A stretch of 64,000 bases of DNA from Candidatus Nomurabacteria bacterium (GTDB taxonomy: Bacteria; Patescibacteriota; Minisyncoccia; Phycocordibacterales; CAIJYI01). The position numbers and the translations under genes are program-made. The notes below the pieces were generated by a model. That model was not told the DNA's origin. It did not search any database and was given only the letters and a program-made list of their open reading frames with translations. Below, piece after piece: positions 40,182 to 48,880 of this stretch (the stretch's first letter is position 1; the number at the start of each line of letters is the position of its first letter). The stretch covers positions 15,818 through 79,817 of the forward strand of contig CALREZ010000001.1 of assembly GCA_943356445.1 (NCBI GenBank), given 5' to 3'.

Positions 40182-41642
40182 ATGCTTTTTAATTCATTTT
40201 CATATTTGATATTTTTCCCTCTGGTCTTTGCTGCATTCTTTTCTGTCCCCAAACGTTTCCAGACCAGCGTTCTTCTCCTCTCAAGCTGTGTTTTCTACAT
40301 GGCCTTCGTTCCGAAATATATCCTCATTCTTTTCTTCCTCATCACCGTTGATTTTTTTGCCGCTCAGGCCATTGAAAAAAGAGAAGGCATTGAACGGAAA
40401 AGATTTCTCCAGCTTTCCATTTTTGCGAATATCGGCACGCTTTTTGTTTTTAAATACTTCAATTTTTTCAACATAAATATCGCCTCCCTCGCCGGTTTTC
40501 TGCACTGGAACTATTCTCCGTTTCTTTTGACCATCATTCTGCCTCTCGGTCTCTCTTTTCATGTCTTTCAAAGCTTGAGCTATGTCATAGAAGTATACCG
40601 GAAAAAATATGCCCCGGAGAAAAATTATTTGACCTATGCTCTCTATGTCATGTTTTTCCCTCAGTTGGTTGCCGGGCCGATAGAACGGCCTCAGAATCTT
40701 TTGCCTCAATTCCATGTTTTTCATGATTTTGATCCGGTAAACGCAAGAAAGGGGTTGGAAAGGATGCTGTGGGGATTTTTTAAGAAACTGGTTATTGCGG
40801 ATCAGCTGGCTCTTGTTGTGAATGCGATGTTTGCGCATCTTCCTTCCGACGGGGTGGCTCTTCTCATCATGATGTTTTTTTTCTCCTATCAGATCTATTG
40901 TGATTTTTCAGGTTACTCTGATATCGCCATCGGCTCCGCTCTCGTGCTCGGATATGACCTTTCCGAGAACTTCAACCGCCCCTACGCTTCGCGTTCCATT
41001 GCCGAGTTTTGGAGGAGATGGCACATGTCGTTGTCCGGATGGCTTCGCGACTATTTGTATATTCCTCTTGGTGGAAATCGGGTTTCAACAAAGCTTCGCT
41101 GGTATTTTAATATCATGACGACATTCGTTCTTATCGGTCTTTGGCACGGAGCGAACTGGACGTTCGTGGCTTTTGGGGCTTTGCATGGAGTTTATCGTGT
41201 TGTTGGAGAGATAACGAAACAAACAAGAGAGAAGATATGGAAGATTCTCGGGACTCCAAGAAAAATCCAATCCGTGGCGCAAACACTTATTACTTTTTTT
41301 CTCGTTCTTATCGGTTGGATATTTTTCCGCGCTCAAAACATTTCTCAAGCAGGGCAGATCTTCTCGGGTATTGCTGTTGGAATCGGTAATTTCTTTGATA
41401 TGAATTACTTACGGTTTAAGCTTGGAAGGGGTCTTGGAATCGGAGGAACACAGCACGTATTTGCTTATGCCATGGTAATAGTGATGGAGATCGTTCAGTA
41501 TTTTCAGACACGGAAAAACACTTTCTATATTTTTGACAGCCAGCCGAGAGTTATCAGATACGGATGGTATTATCTGATCGCTCTGATTATCTTGTTTTCG
41601 GGGTATTTTGGGGAAACTGCCTTTATCTATTTTCAATTCTAA
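40182..41642 (+). CDS. MBOAT O-acyltransferase (AlgI/DltB-like)
   Basis: PLGLSF, FFPQLVAGPIER, DFSGYSD, FWRRWH, GLWHG, C-terminal FIYFQF. Confidence 0.95.
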   Translation: MLFNSFSYLIFFPLVFAAFFSVPKRFQTSVLLLSSCVFYMAFVPKYILILFFLITVDFFAAQAIEKREGIERKRFLQLSIFANIGTLFVFKYFNFFNINIASLAGFLHWNYSPFLLTIILPLGLSFHVFQSLSYVIEVYRKKYAPEKNYLTYALYVMFFPQLVAGPIERPQNLLPQFHVFHDFDPVNARKGLERMLWGFFKKLVIADQLALVVNAMFAHLPSDGVALLIMMFFFSYQIYCDFSGYSDIAIGSALVLGYDLSENFNRPYASRSIAEFWRRWHMSLSGWLRDYLYIPLGGNRVSTKLRWYFNIMTTFVLIGLWHGANWTFVAFGALHGVYRVVGEITKQTREKIWKILGTPRKIQSVAQTLITFFLVLIGWIFFRAQNISQAGQIFSGIAVGIGNFFDMNYLRFKLGRGLGIGGTQHVFAYAMVIVMEIVQYFQTRKNTFYIFDSQPRVIRYGWYYLIALIILFSGYFGETAFIYFQF

Positions 41643-41644
41643 AC

Positions 41645-42775
41645 ATGTCGCATTTCTTAAAAAAATTCTTTCTTTTTTTAGCTCCGTTTGGCTTAATATT
41701 TATTTTGCCGATTACCGTATTTCTGCTAAGCCGAGAATATTATACGATAGACCGCGCTCTTCTCGTGGAGAAAGAACATCCGAACGCGGTGATAGGGCTT
41801 GCTTATAGCAATATATCCGGGCTTAAGAATGCGCTTGTCGCAAAGAACAATCCGACCGTGTTTGCGCTCGGGACTTCCCGTACGGGACAATTCAGAAAAG
41901 AATTTTTTACGGCATCGTCCACATTTGTTACGGCAAGCAATTCCGTGGTGAGCATTGACGGGATGAAAAAATTTATTGAGGAACTTCCCGACGACAATAA
42001 AACTGAAATTGTTATACTCGGTTTGGATCCGAATATGTTTTTGCCGTCATACCTTCATGAGTATCCGTCCGAAACAGATTATGAAAGGTTGAAAGATTTG
42101 TTCTTGGGAAGGTGGAGGAATTTTTATATCGCTTACTTTTCAGGAAGATTTTCCATCAAAGAATTGTGGATTCGCTCGGGGCAGACGGAAAGCATCGGGT
42201 TAACCGGCATTATGAGGGAAGAAGGGTTTCGTCCCGATGGCAGCTATCAATACCGGAAAAAACTTTCAGAACCGAATCGCGAGGAACTTTTGAAATCAGA
42301 TATGGATACTTCCATTTCTTTACTCAGAGCGAACAGGAGCAATCCATATTATAATCAATACAGCGACCCTTTCTCAAAAGACGTGATTTTGTCTCTTGAT
42401 GAGCTTTTAACGCTTTGCCAAAAGAAGCATCTCTATGTGGTCGCATATATTCCTCCTTTTCCACCGCTTGTGTATCAGGAACTCATTCGTTTGCCTGACG
42501 GACAAAAAGAAAATGTATTGCAGCTGCCAGCGGCCCTCAGAGAAACTCTTTCCCGACACGATTTTGACTTTTACGATTTTTCCGACAGTACTATTCTCGG
42601 AAAACACGATAACGAATTTATAGATCCGTCGCATGGAACCGATAAGTATTACCTGCGGATGATTTTATATATGGCTGAAAGAAATAAGAGGTTGTCGGAG
42701 TATGTTGATATTCCGAAAGATAACAAACTGTTGCAAAACGCGAACAAAGATTATTTGGATGATGTTCTTAAATAA
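41645..42775 (+). CDS. Membrane-anchored SGNH-like acyltransferase partner (DltD/AlgJ-like)
   Basis: N-terminal TM, GTSR (Ser), FIDPSH (D-x-x-H); directly after the MBOAT; ATG at 41645. Confidence 0.65.
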   Translation: MSHFLKKFFLFLAPFGLIFILPITVFLLSREYYTIDRALLVEKEHPNAVIGLAYSNISGLKNALVAKNNPTVFALGTSRTGQFRKEFFTASSTFVTASNSVVSIDGMKKFIEELPDDNKTEIVILGLDPNMFLPSYLHEYPSETDYERLKDLFLGRWRNFYIAYFSGRFSIKELWIRSGQTESIGLTGIMREEGFRPDGSYQYRKKLSEPNREELLKSDMDTSISLLRANRSNPYYNQYSDPFSKDVILSLDELLTLCQKKHLYVVAYIPPFPPLVYQELIRLPDGQKENVLQLPAALRETLSRHDFDFYDFSDSTILGKHDNEFIDPSHGTDKYYLRMILYMAERNKRLSEYVDIPKDNKLLQNANKDYLDDVLK

Positions 42776-42789
42776 TAGGGAATAAAATT

Positions 42790-43725
42790 TTATTCAGCCC
42801 GACTTTCTTTGAACCAGGCGTATGACATTTTTATTCCTTTTTCCAGAGGAACTTTATGCTTCCAGCCAAGAGTATGAAGTTTTGAAACGTCTAACCATTT
42901 TCGGGGTGTGCCGTCGGGCTTGCTTTTATCCCAGACGAGTTTTCCGGCGAAGCCGACAGTCTTTTTCGCGAGTTCGGCGAGTTCTTTAATGGAGCAATCT
43001 TCACCTGTGCCGATGTTTATTGTTTCCGAACCGTCATATTTGTTCATCAGAAAGATACAGGCATTGGCAAGATCATCAATGTACAAAAACTCGCGTTTTG
43101 GTTTTCCGCTTCCCCACATAATGACTTCCTTTGCTTGATTCTTTTTTGCTTCGTGAAGTTTGCGCAGCATCGCAGGAAGGACGTGGGAATTTTCAAGGTC
43201 AAAATTATCATTCGGACCGTAGAGGTTTGTGGGCATGACGGAAATGAAATTCGTTCCGTATTGTTTGTTGTAGGATTCGCACATTATCATGCCGGCAATT
43301 TTTGAAATGGCGTATGCTTTATTGGTTGGTTCAAGATAACCGCTTAAAAGATATTCTTCTTTTATCGGTTGCGGGCAGTTTCTCGGATAAATGCAGGAAC
43401 TGCCGAGGAAGAGAAGCTTTTTTACTTTAGAGAGATACGCATTGTGAATAACATTGTTTTGAATCTGAAGATTTGAATAGGCAAAATCCGCCGGATAGGT
43501 TTTGTTGGCAATAATTCCTCCGACTTTGGCGGCGGCGAGGAAAACATACTCCGGTTTTTCTTGAGCGAAGAACTTCTCAACCGCTTTTTGGTCAAGCAAA
43601 TCCAGTTCTTTTCTTGTTTTTAAAACAAGGTTGTTATATCCCTTTTTTTGCAGAGCTCTGACGATTGAGCTTCCGACGAGTCCTTTGTGTCCGGCGACGT
43701 AGATCTTTGAATCTTTTTTCATCAT
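42790..43725 (-). CDS. fcl: GDP-L-fucose synthase
   Basis: [36 protein letters not shown]. Confidence 0.95.
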   Translation of the reverse strand: MMKKDSKIYVAGHKGLVGSSIVRALQKKGYNNLVLKTRKELDLLDQKAVEKFFAQEKPEYVFLAAAKVGGIIANKTYPADFAYSNLQIQNNVIHNAYLSKVKKLLFLGSSCIYPRNCPQPIKEEYLLSGYLEPTNKAYAISKIAGMIMCESYNKQYGTNFISVMPTNLYGPNDNFDLENSHVLPAMLRKLHEAKKNQAKEVIMWGSGKPKREFLYIDDLANACIFLMNKYDGSETINIGTGEDCSIKELAELAKKTVGFAGKLVWDKSKPDGTPRKWLDVSKLHTLGWKHKVPLEKGIKMSYAWFKESRAE

Positions 43726-43751
43726 AGAGATTTATGGTGCTTTGCTGTTAT

Positions 43752-44798
43752 TTATTCTGCGGTTTTTTCGGCTTCGTAATCGCTTTCGGCCATGAGTTTG
43801 GCGAGTTTTTTGAAAGTGGTTGAAGGTTTCCATCCGAGAGCTTTTTTGGCTTTGGCATAATCTCCCAAAAGGACATCCACTTCCGCGGGGCGGAAATAGG
43901 CGGGATCAATTTCAATCAGCACTTTTTTTGTTTTTTTATCAATGCCTTTTTCTTTGAGACCTTTTCCTTGCCAGACGATTTCAAAGTCAAAAGTTTTTGC
44001 CGCTTCTTCCGCGAATTCTCTTATGGAGTGTGTTTCTCCCGTAGCAAGGACAAAGTCATCCGGCGTCTTATGCTGGAGCATACGCCACATTCCTTCCACA
44101 TAATCTCTGGCATACCCCCAATCTCTTTTTGCGTCTAAATTTCCCAAGAAAAGTTTGTCTTGTTTCCCGAGTTTTATCCGCGCCAATCCCTGCGTTATTT
44201 TTCTCGTAACGAATGTTTCTCCTCGGCGGGGCGATTCATGATTAAAAAGAATTCCATTGGATGCGAACATCCCGTAACTTTCGCGGTAGTTTTTGGTAAT
44301 CCAATAGGCGTAGACTTTGGCGCAGCCGTAAGGAGAGCGCGGGTGGAAGTGTGAAGTTTCTCGGAGGGGGAGTTCTTCGGCCTTTCCGAACATCTCACTG
44401 GAAGAGGCTTGGTAGAATCTTGTTTTTGCTCCGAATTTTCGTATGGCATCAAGGAGGCGAAGCGTTCCCGTGCCGGTTACATCCGTGGTGTATTCGGGTG
44501 TGTCAAAACTGGCTCGTACGTGGCTTTGAGCGCCGAGATTGTAGAGCTCGTCAGGCTGCGTCTTTTCTATGAGTCGATTGATGTTGCTGGCATCGGAAAG
44601 ATCTCCGAAATGCAAAAAAAGCGCCCGATCCTCTTTCTGCGGATCCTGATACAGATGATCAAGACGGTGCGTATTGATAGTGCTTGCTCGGCGGATAATG
44701 CCGTGAACTTCATATCCTTTTTCCAGAAGCAATTCTGCCAAGTAGGATCCGTCTTGTCCGGTGATTCCGGTGATGAGCGCTTTTTTAGGTGTTTTCAT
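43752..44798 (-). CDS. gmd: GDP-mannose 4,6-dehydratase
   Basis: [34 protein letters not shown]. Confidence 0.96.
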   Translation of the reverse strand: MKTPKKALITGITGQDGSYLAELLLEKGYEVHGIIRRASTINTHRLDHLYQDPQKEDRALFLHFGDLSDASNINRLIEKTQPDELYNLGAQSHVRASFDTPEYTTDVTGTGTLRLLDAIRKFGAKTRFYQASSSEMFGKAEELPLRETSHFHPRSPYGCAKVYAYWITKNYRESYGMFASNGILFNHESPRRGETFVTRKITQGLARIKLGKQDKLFLGNLDAKRDWGYARDYVEGMWRMLQHKTPDDFVLATGETHSIREFAEEAAKTFDFEIVWQGKGLKEKGIDKKTKKVLIEIDPAYFRPAEVDVLLGDYAKAKKALGWKPSTTFKKLAKLMAESDYEAEKTAE

Positions 44799-44939
44799 TT
44801 TTTTATGATCTGAAATTCCATTCTGACATTTTTTTATTTGTTTGAAAACATTGACACGGTGAGATTAATCGGTCTTTGTAACCGGACGTTGTTTTTATCT
44901 GTTGCAATAGGAGTCCATTAAAAGTATTATACGATACCT

Positions 44940-46319
44940 ATGAACTCTGTTATTTTATGCGGCGGATCGGGAACAAGGCTCTGGCCCCTTTCGCGAAAAA
45001 ATTATCCGAAGCAGTTTTTAAATCTCTATAGCGACAAATCTCTTTTGCAGGAGACGTTTTTACGCATGCGCCGGATCATGCCGGATGAAAATATCTTTTT
45101 CGTTACGAACAAAGATAATTATTACAACGTGTTCAACCAGATAAAAGAAATTTTTCCGACATTCAGCGAAGATAATATCATTCTGGAACCGACGGCGCGC
45201 AACACGCTTCCGGCCGTCGCTTTGGCGGTGAAATACTTGAGGGAAAAGAAAAAAATACCGGCAACCGAGCCGATACTTTTTGCTCCCGCCGATCATTGCA
45301 TTCTTGACGGCGAAGCATTCGCCAAAGTGGTAAAGAAAATGGGCAAGGATGTCGGTGATCATATCGGCACTATCGGCATTGTTCCCCTTAAACCGGAAAC
45401 GGGCTACGGCTATATCCAAAAAGGAAAAAAACACGGCAGTTTTTTTGACGTTGTTTCTTTTAAGGAAAAACCGAACAAGACGACAGCGGAAGAATATCTT
45501 GCTTCGGGCGAGTATCTTTGGAACTCGGGCCTGTATATGTTTAATGCCAAAACTTTTGTTTCTGCCCTTAAAAAACATGTTCCCGAAACGGCGAAGGCGT
45601 ATGAAGAAAAATGGGAAAGATTTATAGAACATTTTTCCGAACTCCAAAAAATTTCCATAGACAATGGCATCTCCGAAAAATCGGACAAGATAATTCTTTT
45701 TGAGGGGGATTTCGGGTGGAGCGATATCGGTTCTTTTGACAGCCTTGCGGAAGCGTCGGAGAAAAACAAAAAACATTCTTCGCGCCACGCGAGCGTTGAT
45801 TCCAAAAACATATTCGTTCATACGACGAGCAACCGGCTTATCGCGACCCTCGGCGTTGAGGACTTGGTTATCATTGAAAACAACGACAGTATTCTTATCC
45901 ATAAAAGGGGAAGAAGCGAGGACGTGAAAAAAATGCTCGCGCATTTGGAAGAGAAAAAATATCCCGAGGTAGAGCACAACATTCTGGTTCACCGACCGTG
46001 GGGAAAATATGAGGTGCTGATAGACAATCCTTTGTATAAAGTGAAAAAAATCACCGTGTATCCGGGAGCGAAACTCTCTTATCAATCACATGAACACCGT
46101 TCCGAACACTGGGTTGTCGTGGAGGGCGTAGCGACCGCGACGGTGGGAAACGAAGAAATTCCGCTTCATAAAAATCAGAGCACGTTTATTCCGGCTCAGA
46201 CAAAACATCGTTTGGCGAATTTCGGGAAAATAAATTTGAAGATTATTGAGGTTCAAACGGGGACGTACTTCGGAGAGGATGATATCAAACGGTACGACGA
46301 CATCTATAAACGAATCTAA
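44940..46319 (+). CDS. manC: Mannose-1-phosphate guanylyltransferase/mannose-6-phosphate isomerase
   Basis: GGSGTRLWPLSR..PKQF, ETGYGYI, WNSG, GWSDIGS, C-terminal cupin RPWG. Confidence 0.95.
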   Translation: MNSVILCGGSGTRLWPLSRKNYPKQFLNLYSDKSLLQETFLRMRRIMPDENIFFVTNKDNYYNVFNQIKEIFPTFSEDNIILEPTARNTLPAVALAVKYLREKKKIPATEPILFAPADHCILDGEAFAKVVKKMGKDVGDHIGTIGIVPLKPETGYGYIQKGKKHGSFFDVVSFKEKPNKTTAEEYLASGEYLWNSGLYMFNAKTFVSALKKHVPETAKAYEEKWERFIEHFSELQKISIDNGISEKSDKIILFEGDFGWSDIGSFDSLAEASEKNKKHSSRHASVDSKNIFVHTTSNRLIATLGVEDLVIIENNDSILIHKRGRSEDVKKMLAHLEEKKYPEVEHNILVHRPWGKYEVLIDNPLYKVKKITVYPGAKLSYQSHEHRSEHWVVVEGVATATVGNEEIPLHKNQSTFIPAQTKHRLANFGKINLKIIEVQTGTYFGEDDIKRYDDIYKRI

Positions 46320-46387
46320 AACGTTTTTTCAATCGGCTTTACTTATGATATATTTGAAAGGGAAGGCGGACAGCCTTTCCTTTTTTC

Positions 46388-47884
46388 ATGCTTTTCAATT
46401 CGTTTTCTTTTCTCATCTTCTTTCCGGTTGTTACCGCCGGATATTTTCTTGCTCCGCACAAATATCGCTGGGCGTTTCTTCTTGCGGCGAGTTGTGTTTT
46501 TTACATGGCTTTTATTCCGTACTATATACTGATACTTTTTACCGCCATCGGAATTGACTATTATGCGGGCATAAAAATTGAAGATACGGAAGACGTGAAA
46601 AAGAGAAAAACGTATTTGATTTTAAGCGTGGTCAGCACTTCGCTTCTGCTTATCCTTTTCAAGTACTTTAATTTTTTCAATGCCAATTTTAAAGAAATAG
46701 CGAGTTTTCTGCATTGGAATTATTCCATTGGTTTTTTGAGTATCGCTTTGCCGATAGGGCTTTCTTTTCATACGTTTCAAAGTTTGAGTTATGTTATTGA
46801 GGTATATCGTCGGAAGCAGAAAGCCGAACGACACCTCGGCATTTATTCGCTCTATGTCATGTTCTATCCGCAATTGGTTGCGGGGCCGATTGAACGTCCT
46901 CAGAATTTGCTTCACCAATTCCGCGAAAGGCATGAATTTGATTACCTGAGATTAAGAGCGGGGCTTCAACGGATGCTGTGGGGATTTTTCAAAAAAGCGG
47001 TAATCGCGGATAATCTCGCCATGTACGTCGGTCTTGTTTTTGGAAACCCGCATCATTATTCCGGAGCTCCTCTTTTGCTTGCTTCGGTATTTTTCGCTTT
47101 TCAGATATATTGCGATTTCTCCGGCTATTCCGATATCGCTCTCGGTTCGGCGAAGGTTATGGGTTTTGATCTCATGGAAAATTTTAAAGTCCCGTATGGC
47201 GCAACGACCGTAACGGAATTTTGGAGAAGATGGCATATCTCGCTTTCTTCGTGGATACGCGATTATATTTTCTTCCCGCTTTCCATGGGATGGAGGAAAA
47301 TGGGGAAGCTCGGCATCGTGTGCGCCACGTTGGTTACGTTTGCTTTTGCCGGACTGTGGCATGGGGCGAGCTGGCTGTTTGTTTTCTTTGGTTTGCTTCA
47401 TGGATTCGTTCTTTCTCTTGAACTTCTTACTTCTCGGTGGAGAAATAAAATATCGTCATTTTTTCCGGACATATGTTCAAATATATTTGGCAGGCTCTAC
47501 GTCTTTTCTTTTTGGACAGCCTCGCTTGTTTTTTTTCGGGCGGGAACCTTTGCTGATGCGCTCTATATAGTATCTCGTTTTCCTTCGGGGATTTCCGAGT
47601 TTGGCCGAACCGTGGGGACGGCTCTTTTTCAGATGAGCGTTGCTCCTTTCCGAATGCTTTTTTCCACACTCCAACTGTACTATGGAAATTTGAGGTTCTC
47701 TTTTCTTTTGGGATTGGTGCTGGTCGTTATTGTTTCTGAAATACTGGAGTATAAAATAGGACTTTTTGTTTTACTCAACAAAATCCCCAAGATTTTCAGA
47801 TGGATATGGTATGTTGTTTTGGTTCTCTCCATAATGAATCTGGGGGTAACTACCGAAGTGCTGTTTATTTATTTTCAATTCTAA
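46388..47884 (+). CDS. Second MBOAT O-acyltransferase
   Basis: PIGLSF, FYPQLVAGPIER, FWRRWH, GLWHG, C-terminal FIYFQF. Confidence 0.95.
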   Translation: MLFNSFSFLIFFPVVTAGYFLAPHKYRWAFLLAASCVFYMAFIPYYILILFTAIGIDYYAGIKIEDTEDVKKRKTYLILSVVSTSLLLILFKYFNFFNANFKEIASFLHWNYSIGFLSIALPIGLSFHTFQSLSYVIEVYRRKQKAERHLGIYSLYVMFYPQLVAGPIERPQNLLHQFRERHEFDYLRLRAGLQRMLWGFFKKAVIADNLAMYVGLVFGNPHHYSGAPLLLASVFFAFQIYCDFSGYSDIALGSAKVMGFDLMENFKVPYGATTVTEFWRRWHISLSSWIRDYIFFPLSMGWRKMGKLGIVCATLVTFAFAGLWHGASWLFVFFGLLHGFVLSLELLTSRWRNKISSFFPDICSNIFGRLYVFSFWTASLVFFRAGTFADALYIVSRFPSGISEFGRTVGTALFQMSVAPFRMLFSTLQLYYGNLRFSFLLGLVLVVIVSEILEYKIGLFVLLNKIPKIFRWIWYVVLVLSIMNLGVTTEVLFIYFQF

Positions 47885-47885
47885 T

Positions 47886-48824
47886 ATGAAAATTTTTTGG
47901 AGCTGGACAGTATTTTTCATCATCATTTTTCTTTCGCAGATCGCGATCTCTCATTTTATTACCGAACCGTGGGGAGCGAGAACCCTTTCTGAAACCCTTG
48001 ATAAAGGATATGACGTCTTGTACTTCGGAGACAGTACGGTTGACGCTTCGGCCGATACGGATACTGACAAAGCTCCGATCACCGAAATGCTCAGACGTTT
48101 AAAACCGGAGCTTTCCATCGCCGACCTTTCCCGCAGTTCCAATCATCTGGGTCTCTATGAAGCCATGGTTGGGCAGATCGCAAAATCCGGAAAAAAGCCC
48201 GTCATAATCATACCCATCAATATGAGAAGCTTTTCCCCGTGGTACGACAAGCGGCCGGAATTTCAGTTTGAAAAGGAGATATTTTATCTGACGGCGCCGT
48301 CTCCTCTTATTGCTTGTTTTTACAAACCGCTTGCCGTATTTCGCGCGATAAATGTTAACGCCGTAACTTTTTCCGAGTTTTATCAGACGCCGGTTTATCG
48401 GGGAAAAAAGCAGATTGGCATTGTCGCAGATTTTAATGACACGGTTCTCGCGACAACAACGCCGGAAAATATCAAAACGAGTTTTATGCTCGGGTATATG
48501 TTTGATCTTGATGCAAAGCATCGAAAGCTTGATTCGTTGCGAAACATTATTGACCAAGCTGACCGATCGGGTATAAAAATATATTTTTATATTACCCCGA
48601 TAAATCACGAGCAGGGAGAAAAATTTTACGGAAAAGAATTCAAAGAACAAATGGAGAAGAATACCGATACCGTTTGCGCCATTCTCAAAGAGAAAAAACA
48701 TTCTTGCTTGAATCTCGCTTTTTCCGTTGATCCGAGCTATTTCCAGTCACCCGTTCTCCCGAGCGAACATCTCAATGAAAAGGGAAGAATGTTTGTGGCT
48801 GAAGAGGTTGCCAAAATGCTTTAG
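47886..48824 (+). CDS. Membrane-anchored SGNH-like protein (MBOAT partner)
   Basis: N-terminal TM, FGDST, EHLNEKGR. Confidence 0.65.
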   Translation: MKIFWSWTVFFIIIFLSQIAISHFITEPWGARTLSETLDKGYDVLYFGDSTVDASADTDTDKAPITEMLRRLKPELSIADLSRSSNHLGLYEAMVGQIAKSGKKPVIIIPINMRSFSPWYDKRPEFQFEKEIFYLTAPSPLIACFYKPLAVFRAINVNAVTFSEFYQTPVYRGKKQIGIVADFNDTVLATTTPENIKTSFMLGYMFDLDAKHRKLDSLRNIIDQADRSGIKIYFYITPINHEQGEKFYGKEFKEQMEKNTDTVCAILKEKKHSCLNLAFSVDPSYFQSPVLPSEHLNEKGRMFVAEEVAKML

Positions 48825-48880
48825 AGGAAGTTTGTCTATGATTCTTTTTTATTTAATAAAGTTGGTGTACTATAGAGGCT

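Noticed and set aside
5227-41644. Extended N-termini in the ORF track (5227, 17627, 27206, 33562, 36947, 41564)
   Set aside because: They overlap upstream genes or low-complexity spacers; downstream ATGs match family N-termini.
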